From Nanobdellota archaeon (GTDB lineage Archaea > Nanobdellota > Nanobdellia > Pacearchaeales > JAHJTO01): DNA of 64,000 nucleotides. The position numbers and the translations under genes were made by a program. The notes beneath the pieces are model-generated. The model did no database searches and was not told where the DNA came from. It saw nothing but the letters and a program-made list of their open reading frames with translations. Location of the stretch: contig JBHPFA010000003.1 in assembly GCA_042572295.1 (NCBI GenBank), positions 45,802 to 109,801 of the forward strand, written 5' to 3'. Of the stretch, positions 27,943 through 36,500 are shown piece by piece; position 1 is the first letter of the stretch; every line of letters begins with the position of its first letter.

Positions 27943-28860
27943 TTACTCAGCATGTTGGCCGCTATCTATAAGCAATGTCCAAGTACTTGAATATGATTGT
28001 TTGATTAATGTAGAAGCTACTTCTGTCAAACAGTAGTATAACTCCTCTTGAGCTCCTGCATATGTTCCTAATTCTCCTCTATCCATTACAGCTCCTGTAA
28101 CATTCTTAAAAGCACTTGGTACTAAAGCTGTTCCATCAGTACATTCAACTAAAGCCCCAGTAGCTGTGTGTGAGGTGAAGTTATTTGCAGGGATACTATA
28201 ACCACCATCTGACTCTCCAACAAGATCTGTTGCATTTACCAGTATTCCTCCAGCAGATAAGTTAACATTTCCAGTATTGTTTAATATAGTTGGTTGATTA
28301 TCAGCCGTATGATTAAATGTTCCAGCTGTCAATCCAGCCCAAGTGATTGAGGATGGAAATAATTTTACAGCTGGTGTCAATGGGAATTCAACAGTTACAG
28401 TATTATTCTGCGCATATACAGAATTATTATCTCCTGCAATGATTCCAATAAGCCAATTGACACTAGCTTTATCATAATAGTTAAATCCATAACTACATGA
28501 GAAATTAGAAGTCTTAGTCCCTATAGCATTTTCAAATTGGCAAGAAGTATTTGTCTTTAAAGGATCTCCAGCAAGGCTGAAGTTCATTTGAACAGTACTG
28601 AGATCTATATCCCCATATCCATCATTATCAAACACTTCAAAAGTCACAGTAACATTTGCTATTCCTTCCTCTTCATGAAGTATAATATCTCCAGTAACAA
28701 CTGTAACATTGCTAATAGTAGGGGGTGCATTTCCTAAAGTAACATTAAAGACTTCTTCAGCAGTCTGCATTCCAGTAATAGTTAACCAATCAAAAAATCC
28801 TGCAGAAACTAATGGGAGCATTAATAAAATCCCAATAACAATTAACACGCTCTTTTTCAT
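27943..28860 (-). CDS. Secreted two-domain beta-sandwich protein (paralog of 55928..56878 and of the membrane-proximal module of the HTH-fused giants)
   Basis: Signal peptide; EEG-x-x-NV-x-V-x-F-x-V-x-D-x-DG, NNTGN and QEELYYCL...LIKQSYS motifs shared with those proteins. Confidence 0.85.
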   Translation of the reverse strand: MKKSVLIVIGILLMLPLVSAGFFDWLTITGMQTAEEVFNVTLGNAPPTISNVTVVTGDIILHEEEGIANVTVTFEVFDNDGYGDIDLSTVQMNFSLAGDPLKTNTSCQFENAIGTKTSNFSCSYGFNYYDKASVNWLIGIIAGDNNSVYAQNNTVTVEFPLTPAVKLFPSSITWAGLTAGTFNHTADNQPTILNNTGNVNLSAGGILVNATDLVGESDGGYSIPANNFTSHTATGALVECTDGTALVPSAFKNVTGAVMDRGELGTYAGAQEELYYCLTEVASTLIKQSYSSTWTLLIDSGQHAE

Positions 28861-28928
28861 TGTATAGTAATTATGATTCTTTTACTTTATAAATCTTTCT
28901 CTGAAACTATTAGCTAAATCAAAGTAGC

Positions 28929-28950
28929 AAAAATTAAAAAAAAATTCAAA
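28929..28950 (-). terminator. Oligo-T terminator candidate
   Basis: T9 and T5 runs on the minus strand just after the stop at 28957. Confidence 0.45.
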
Positions 28951-28956
28951 GTACCC

Positions 28957-31900
28957 TCAATAAATCAGTTTCATCTTAGCTCTAGCATAAACTGTATAGA
29001 TATTTCTTGGATCCTTATCTAATAATCTTGAAACTTCTATATTTGACAAGCCTTTATCCCTTAAGTATATAATTAGAGACTCTAATACACTTAATTTCCT
29101 TTGTCTAAATATACTAATAGGAATAATTACATCAGTCTTTGCAATCTTCAGCTTCTTTCTCTTATTATTGTTATATTGTTTCCATATCGCCCCATCATCT
29201 CTCTTTATTATACTAGAAATCTGACTTAATCTTAAGTCTAAGTTCTCCTTCATATACTTTACAAGTGTTTCTGCAGGTCCCAAGTCTGAAGCGAAAGCAG
29301 TTACTGGGATTATTAATTTCTCTTGTTCCTTATCCTTTATCTTATTGATCTGCTCAACAACTTCATCCAACTCAATTCCATATTCCTTTTTCAATCCAAG
29401 GTCTAATCCCTTCAACAATTTATTCTTCTTGAAATAGACATTGCTTAAATCAATTGAATAGTCTTGTTTGATCAAATCTGTAGGAGTTTCATCCAAATAA
29501 GTAAGCTTTATCTTAGCTCTTGCATAAACTGTATAGATATTTCTTGGATCTTTATCTAATAATCTTGAAACTTCTATGTTTGACAGACCTTTATCCCTTA
29601 AGTATATAATTAGAGACTCTAATACACTTAATTTCCTCTGTCTAAATATACTGATAGGAATAATTACATCAGTCTTTGCAAGCTTCAGCTTCTTTCTCTT
29701 AGTGTTATTATACTGCTTCCATATTGCTCCATCATCTCTCTTGATTATATTAGAGATTTGGCTGAACCTTAAATCTAAATTCTCTTTCATATACTTTACA
29801 AGTGTTTCTGCAGGTCCTAAGTCTGAAGCAAACACAGTTACTGGTATTGTCAACTTCTCTTGCCCCTTATCTTTTATCTTATTAATCTGTTCAACAACTT
29901 CATCTAACTCAATTCCATATTCTTTCCTCAATTCTAAGTCTAGCTTCTTCAACAACTTGTTCCTTTTCTTTCTCTTTAATGTAAACACTGCCAAAGCTGC
30001 AATTACTTTAATATACCAAGCCCTACTTAATGCAGTTGAATAGGCCTGTTTAATCAATTCGCTAGAAGTTTCAGTCAAACAATAAGCCAATTCTTCTTGT
30101 GCTACTCCGCCACCTTCACTCAAATTACCCCTTGTAAGGCTTGATCCTGTAACATTCACAAAAGTATCTTGTATTAAAGAATCTCCAGAACAAGCTGCCC
30201 CCAAATTACTGCTTACACTGAAGTTCTCCGCATATATAATATAATTACCATCTTGTTCTCCAGTCAGATTGACTGCACTTACTGAAATGTTTGATATTAC
30301 AGCATTTCCAGTATGATTTATTGTTAAGTTGCTATCTGGAAGTTGATTTGAAGATCCTCTTGTTATCTCAAACCAATTAATCGAAGCAGGAGACATTACA
30401 ATCGCTGCAAATGATTCATAAGTAAATGAAACAGAATCATTAGTAGCATTCTCCCAACTCTCATCAGAAACTGTTGCTGTAATATTCCAACTTCCAGCTT
30501 CATCAAAATAATACATTCCAACAATACATGAAAAGTTCATGTAATTTCCAGCAGATGAAACATTCAAACATGAAGTATTCTCTCTCAAAGGTTCACTACC
30601 TCTTGAGAAATTTATCTGAGCAGTGCTTACATTCACATCACCAAATCCATCCGTATCCAAAACAGTGAAGTTGACTGAAACATTCACAACTCCTGCTTCT
30701 TCAGGAGTAATACTTGAACTAATCTCAATAGCTGTAATCTGTGGAGCAGTATTTGCAGCTGCCAAAACAGTCAAGTTATTCGAAACATTCAATCCACCAT
30801 CAACTTCCAAATCATTTGGAGTTACCTCACATGTCCAATTTTCTCCAACAGTTGTTTCACTTGAATGTATTGTTGAAGTATTCAAGGAATTATTTCCTTC
30901 CAAGAAATTCTGATAAACTTGTTCAGCAGATAATGAAACATTGTAAATCCTCACACCATCCATCCTTCCAGTAAAAGGCCAAACAGTGTAAGCTGATCCA
31001 GCCCTACCTATAGCAGTATTAGTTGATGATGTAAAAAGTCCAATCTTACTAGCTGCAGAAATGGCAGTATTATCATCTGCTATTCCATTTACATAAAGAG
31101 TTACAGTTCCCTCTGCGGAATCTCTCGTCGCAACCACATGAGTCCATTGACCCAGAGTGATGCTTGTTGTTGTTCCCGAAATTTGAACACATGAACCACT
31201 TTTACAAGATAGGAATGCTGGGCGATTATTACTATCCTTAGCAAGATCATATTGTGCATTCTGTCCAGCTGCATCGAAATTACCTATGAGATGGGTTGTA
31301 ACACTTAATGTAGTATTTATCCAAGCTTCCAAAGTAATTGCACCAGTTATATTCAAACTAAGATCTTTTCCAACATCTATATAATCGGCAGTGAAATCAT
31401 AAGCTCCCCCAACCCTTCCATCAGAAGTCCAAACAACACCACTAAGAATTCCATCATTCCCACTTCCAGAATAATCTTTAGCCACAGTTGAATTCTCAGT
31501 ATCAAAAGGCATATTCAATACAGTTGTAGAAACTCCATTCTTCAACCAATTGAAGATTGGATAAACTGCATCCCCATCTATATCATCTAAGTTTTGAGGA
31601 TAACAAGTCAAGTTCTCTGAAGTGTAATTCGCTCCAGTAGTTGAATTAACAAGAGGATTATCTTGAGTAGGAGCATTATTCCCTTCAGTAGTTTTAGCTA
31701 GCCAACCAATATTTGCAGTATATTCATCTGAAGAAGCCTCTCCACTTCCTTGCTGATAAGTTCCAGTATGTCTTAAAGTTGCACCGCCACTTCCTTGTCC
31801 TCCAAAAATTCCAGTTTGATAAGTAACATTTCCAGTGATATTGGTTCCATAAAGTAAGAATGCTCCAAAGATTAAGGCAATGATTAAGAATGAAAATCCT

Positions 31901-32046
31901 ATCTTAAAACGTCTTTTTCTTTCACGTTTTTCTTGATTTTGTTGTACGTTTCTCCAAAAAGAATTTTGGTAAACAGAGTAGTCTCTCCAGCTGCCTTTGC
32001 TACGAGAAAGACTACTCTGTCCAAAAAATTCTAAATGTCGCGACAT
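28957..32046 (-). CDS. Surface protein with LamG-like domain, membrane-proximal module and duplicated C-terminal tandem-HTH domain (1029 aa)
   Basis: N-terminal TM; LamG motifs (ITLEAWIN, GQWTHVVAT, FTGRMDGVRIYN); WYIKVIAALAVFTL-KRKKR; then two copies of a two-HTH unit (e.g. LSNIEVSRLLDKDPRNIYTVY). Confidence 0.9.
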   Translation of the reverse strand: MSRHLEFFGQSSLSRSKGSWRDYSVYQNSFWRNVQQNQEKRERKRRFKIGFSFLIIALIFGAFLLYGTNITGNVTYQTGIFGGQGSGGATLRHTGTYQQGSGEASSDEYTANIGWLAKTTEGNNAPTQDNPLVNSTTGANYTSENLTCYPQNLDDIDGDAVYPIFNWLKNGVSTTVLNMPFDTENSTVAKDYSGSGNDGILSGVVWTSDGRVGGAYDFTADYIDVGKDLSLNITGAITLEAWINTTLSVTTHLIGNFDAAGQNAQYDLAKDSNNRPAFLSCKSGSCVQISGTTTSITLGQWTHVVATRDSAEGTVTLYVNGIADDNTAISAASKIGLFTSSTNTAIGRAGSAYTVWPFTGRMDGVRIYNVSLSAEQVYQNFLEGNNSLNTSTIHSSETTVGENWTCEVTPNDLEVDGGLNVSNNLTVLAAANTAPQITAIEISSSITPEEAGVVNVSVNFTVLDTDGFGDVNVSTAQINFSRGSEPLRENTSCLNVSSAGNYMNFSCIVGMYYFDEAGSWNITATVSDESWENATNDSVSFTYESFAAIVMSPASINWFEITRGSSNQLPDSNLTINHTGNAVISNISVSAVNLTGEQDGNYIIYAENFSVSSNLGAACSGDSLIQDTFVNVTGSSLTRGNLSEGGGVAQEELAYCLTETSSELIKQAYSTALSRAWYIKVIAALAVFTLKRKKRNKLLKKLDLELRKEYGIELDEVVEQINKIKDKGQEKLTIPVTVFASDLGPAETLVKYMKENLDLRFSQISNIIKRDDGAIWKQYNNTKRKKLKLAKTDVIIPISIFRQRKLSVLESLIIYLRDKGLSNIEVSRLLDKDPRNIYTVYARAKIKLTYLDETPTDLIKQDYSIDLSNVYFKKNKLLKGLDLGLKKEYGIELDEVVEQINKIKDKEQEKLIIPVTAFASDLGPAETLVKYMKENLDLRLSQISSIIKRDDGAIWKQYNNNKRKKLKIAKTDVIIPISIFRQRKLSVLESLIIYLRDKGLSNIEVSRLLDKDPRNIYTVYARAKMKLIY
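28974..29964 (-). repeat. Intragenic duplication (period 537 bp) of the tandem-HTH unit
   Basis: 28974-29427 and 29511-29964 are near-identical at a constant 537-nt (179-codon) offset. Confidence 0.92.
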
Positions 32047-32073
32047 TTTTTCTATTTGTGGTGATCAGCCACG

Positions 32074-32164
32074 TATTATGTATGATTTTTACCCTTAAAA
32101 AGGTGCGTATTATGTATGATATAAAGAAGACAAATTAAGCCTTAAAACACGTAATATGTATGAT
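32074..32164 (-). promoter_or_regulatory. Promoter with three copies of 13-bp motif TAWTATGTATGAT (plus-strand reading)
   Basis: Copies at 32074-32086, 32108-32120 and 32152-32164; minus-strand TATA TTTTTAAG starts at 32101. Confidence 0.8.
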
Positions 32165-32175
32165 ATAAAGAACAT

Positions 32176-32204
32176 AAAAAAAATGGCCAAAAATAGGCCA
32201 TTTT
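32176..32204 (-). terminator. Hairpin plus T8 terminator of the RHH-fibre operon
   Basis: Perfect 9-bp inverted repeat AAAATGGCC-N7-GGCCATTTT; on the minus strand it ends in a T8 run (the last four T lie beyond the stem); about 64 nt after the stop at 32268. Confidence 0.65.
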
Positions 32205-32267
32205 AAGCACTAATAATAACAATTAGTAAAACTAACTCTCTTACCCTTAACCTAAACAACTAATCCC

Positions 32268-32546
32268 TTATTGCGGCACTTGTAAACACTCTACAGCTAT
32301 CAAATTCAGTGTAGCATTGTTATAGCTAACTGGTACTGCTTGACAAGTCGCTGCTTGCTGTATCAAATCTGATACAGCCTGTGTATATCCAGCACTAACT
32401 CCTTGTTGTAGTAAAGTTTGTTGTTGTTGGTATTTAACTCCAAGATAAACATTGTATCCAATGTATCCTGCAGCAACTACAAACAAAACAATAAACACTA
32501 CTAACAAGATTGTTAGAGTTTTAGTTGTTCTATTTCCGTATTTCAT
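32268..32546 (-). CDS. Small membrane protein (92 aa)
   Basis: Single N-terminal TM helix and C-terminal C...C pair; last gene of the operon. Confidence 0.75.
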   Translation of the reverse strand: MKYGNRTTKTLTILLVVFIVLFVVAAGYIGYNVYLGVKYQQQQTLLQQGVSAGYTQAVSDLIQQAATCQAVPVSYNNATLNLIAVECLQVPQ

Positions 32547-32558
32547 TTTAATATGATA

Positions 32559-33530
32559 TTATACTCGATTAAAAAAGCTTATAATTGTACTCCATAAAGC
32601 TCCAAGGTCTATTTTTTGGCTTTCAAAATTGCTTATAACTCCTCCAGTAAGAGTCAACAGATTATCTCCATCAGTTTCATTGACAGTTTCTTCCGAAATA
32701 GTTTCATTTTCCATCGCTGTTTCATTTTCAACAAACGGCTCAATCGGAACAATCAAATCAGGAATAGTTTCATTTTCTGTAACTGTTTCATTTACTGGAG
32801 TTGTCTCATTAATAGGAATTGTTTCGTTCAAAACAGGATCAGGAACAACTAAATCAGGAATTGTTTCATTTTCAACAATAGTTTGGTTCACTGGAATCAC
32901 TATTGGATCTTCTACAGGAAGTTCTATTGGAACAACAACTTCTGGAACTTGCTCACCTTTTTTAATTTCTCCAAAAGCATGCCAATTGAAAATTATATCT
33001 TCTTCTTGAGCTTGACTGATTAACACATCGAATCCAGTAGTCATTATATCGTCGACGCCATAATTGAAATTATACAATCCAATTGGGGTGGCAGTAACTA
33101 TTGGTACTTTATCAAACTCTACTTCAAACAAAACTCTCGTACTTAAATCTCCAGCAGCTATCTCTGCATAACCTACTTCATTAATTTGAGATGAATCTTT
33201 TAGACCCTTATTCTTTTTTGTGACCACACTATGGTCAATGAATATTTTTTTACTATTCTTGTTCGCTCTAGCTTTATTAGAGAAATCTGGATGTAACCCA
33301 ATTTCAACCCATTCAGTGGCAGTTATTTCAAAACAAACCCCTTTAGAACTCCTAGGATAAACATTCTCTTTGTAAATATTCCTTGTACTAAATGTTCCAT
33401 CTTCATTACAAAGAACTTGAACTTTATCCAATTCGTAAGCAAACACTGACGCTGATAGTAGCAATAACATCACCGCAGCCATAACTACTAAAAACATTCT
33501 TTTACATTCCATTTTATTTTTTATTTCCAT
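32559..33530 (-). CDS. Secreted protein with beta-sandwich (H-type-lectin-like, tentative) domain and acidic NET-repeat stalk (~323 aa)
   Basis: Signal peptide; GYAEI...VLFEVEFDKVPIVTATP...GFDVLI...FNWHAFG; repeated ENETIPD/NET units. Start placed at ATG 33530, 2 nt after the upstream stop (ORF track uses TTG 33551). Confidence 0.72.
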   Translation of the reverse strand: MEIKNKMECKRMFLVVMAAVMLLLLSASVFAYELDKVQVLCNEDGTFSTRNIYKENVYPRSSKGVCFEITATEWVEIGLHPDFSNKARANKNSKKIFIDHSVVTKKNKGLKDSSQINEVGYAEIAAGDLSTRVLFEVEFDKVPIVTATPIGLYNFNYGVDDIMTTGFDVLISQAQEEDIIFNWHAFGEIKKGEQVPEVVVPIELPVEDPIVIPVNQTIVENETIPDLVVPDPVLNETIPINETTPVNETVTENETIPDLIVPIEPFVENETAMENETISEETVNETDGDNLLTLTGGVISNFESQKIDLGALWSTIISFFNRV

Positions 33531-33532
33531 TT

Positions 33533-36500
33533 TTAACTTGGTATCCAACAACGATAAACATGGCTTGTAGCAATACCAAAATAATCCATTGTTGTCGGAG
33601 CAACACCATCATAATACACTATCCCCAAAGCCACCCTATCACTTGTCCACTCATCATCATTAGACTCATCAGTAAGTGAAGCATTATAGTTCTGAACGGC
33701 AGTATACATCACATCCCATCCAGGAAGTTCTCCGCCATAGGTATCGAAGCAATTATCAGATGCTGCGAGCCATGCAGCACTCCCTTCTTCAGCTGTTTGC
33801 ATACATCCAAGAGCTCTTCCTTGAGCATGCACTTCAGTAAATCCTGCAGGACAATTAATCCTCTTCTTGCTTGCAAAGAATGTTCCAGTCACATTCAGTA
33901 TATTTGAAAATATATTCTCCCCAATAAAAGTATTATCTCCATTACTTGCGACATCTCCAGTTCCGGCGACGTTACGAACTTCCCTAGCATAGAATTTACA
34001 CGCACCAGCAGAACCATAATTAATAGTCATCCCATTACCTGCAAAAGCCATGGCGAATTCAGTCGAACCAGTATATGTATCGTTAGTTAGGTATGTAAAA
34101 GAAACATCATGAGCAACACCTGAAGTTGCTACAGAATCTCCATACAAAACTCCAACTGTTGAACTTTGACCTTCAACGAACTGGTTATCTATCAAAAACC
34201 CAATCTTTCCACCGACACCATTCGGCACGTTAGCGTTACAAACAAAACCGATTTCTGCCTGACCACCATTCATTTGAACAGTTAAATTCGAAATACTATT
34301 ATGTGCAGCTAAAGTTGTGGAAGTTATCGATACTGCACTAGAAAATGTGGTTGACGCAGACGCAGGCACACTTATCGCAACACCTTCAGGATAAGGTTCT
34401 CCCCCGATGTTTGGGATGAAACAACGATGGGCAAAGGTGCCAGTGTAAGTACCACAATTTGAACCAGCGATAGATCCACTAGTACGGTATCCTCTTTGAT
34501 TTACAAGTCCACCATCACACAGATCATTAACCCACTCATTATAAGTAGTTTCATCACTCAGAGCATAATTGTTTGCTGCTATGTATATCTCTCCCATATT
34601 AGGAAGCCTTCCCCCATATGTTGAGAAGCAAGCATCATTTGCATCGTCCCATTGCGCAGAAGTGGATTCTACCCCAGTCTGCATACATCCAAGAGTTATT
34701 CCATTAGAAACTATTTCAGTAAATCCTCCAGGACATTCCATCCTTGTATCTGTCTGGACAATTGCAGGACCCAATTTCATCAATTTATAACTTCCAGTTA
34801 TAGTATTTTCTTCTGGAACAAACTCAAGACTTGTTAATGCAGATGCCCCATCATATTCAGCACCCATGTAACTCATTGCAACATCCCCTCCATCTAGATG
34901 GTCTTTCATTTGACCTATAACTGAAACAATTGTATTATCATCATCTGCTGTCTGAAACTCAATCCATCCAAAACGATACTCATCAAGATTTGGAAGTGCA
35001 TAACACTCCATAGGAATTTTTGTATCACTAGTAGACTGTGTAATACATTCCGAAGAGTGGTATCCATGTAGACGATATTCATAATTGCTTCCACCATCAT
35101 TGTTAAATTGTAAAAAGATATTATTATCGGCAGTATTCATCTTATGATTAAATTGAAGTCTATAAGTAGTTCCAGGTTGCAAATCGGTGAAGTTAACAGA
35201 AGATGCCGAAGTTACACTCTGCTCATCAACAACTCCCCAAATATCTGTAACTTCAGAAGTTCCAGGAGCATAAACATCTGACGCTTCTGGAATGAAACAA
35301 CGATAATCGTTTGTACTATCATGCCCCCCATAAGAGGTAGACCAATCATCTCCCTCAGTTTCATAATAAAATAAGTAGGAACTTACTGTTGCAATACCAA
35401 CTCCATCACCATACCACTCTCGCTGATCCTCATCAGTCATTACATAATTAGCCCTAGCAATATGTGCTTCTGCTGCAAAGGGCAACCTACCACCATAAGT
35501 ATCCCAACAGTCATCATTGGCAACTTGCCATTGGCTACTAGTCCCCTCTTGTGTAGTTTGCATACATCCAAGAGTTATTCCGGCATTCTCAATCTTAGTA
35601 AATCCATCAGGACATTGTCTTTCCAAAGCAACAGCATTACTAAAAGAAACCTCTGTAAAATCTCCACTTGAGTTATCAGAAATATTAAAATAAGAATCAT
35701 CAAAAGCCAATTTAGTTCTTGCAGTAAAGTCTGTCAAGCCCGAATCATTTATTGTGGAGATAGTATGCCCTCCACTTCCGGCAGCACTTGTCTGATTTGT
35801 TCCATCTGCAAAAATAACTGCTCCAGTTATATTCGCATCTCCAACAACATTCAATTTATGTGTTGGATCTGTCGCTCCGATACCTACAAAATTTACACTA
35901 GTATCATAATTAAAACCGTCTCCATCAACACTAAAATCTATGCCACTTCCGATTTGAACATCATTTGATAAAATGTGCATCGCCTCAGTTCCTCCTGCAA
36001 TCAAAGATAATTGATCTGCAGCAGCAGTACCTATTCCAGTATCAAGATCTGCTGAATCAGGAAGCAATGTAGGATTTGTAGCAGAAGCATCTTCATTTAT
36101 CAATGAAGGAGCTCCAGAAGTCAATCCAGCAAGTTTATTACCAGACATTGAAAACTTAGCAGTCCCTCCCAAAGTGAATCCAAGTATATTAGCGCCAACC
36201 TCATATATTCCAGTATCTCCGTCGCCAAAAGCTATTGTAGGGTTTGTCGCATCATTATTAAGAGGCAAATGTAATTGATTAGTGCCTGTTCCATTTAGAT
36301 GAACATCTCCAGCAACATCAAGTTTTCCTTGAGGAGTTGAAGTTCCTATTCCAACATTACTTCCTGAAGAAGTAATTCTCATAGCTTCAGAACCAGCATA
36401 ATTCCAAATCTGGAAATCAGTAGTTGTCCCCCCAATACCATTTCCAACTACCCAATCATTAGACCCTGCAGTTTGGAAAGCAAGTGAAGAACTTAAGGTA

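Noticed and set aside
33536-35630. Three CLec-like repeats as a diversity-generating retroelement TR/VR set
   Set aside because: No reverse transcriptase in the window; the copies are in-frame coding and differ broadly rather than at adenines only. Trans-targeting from elsewhere is not excluded.
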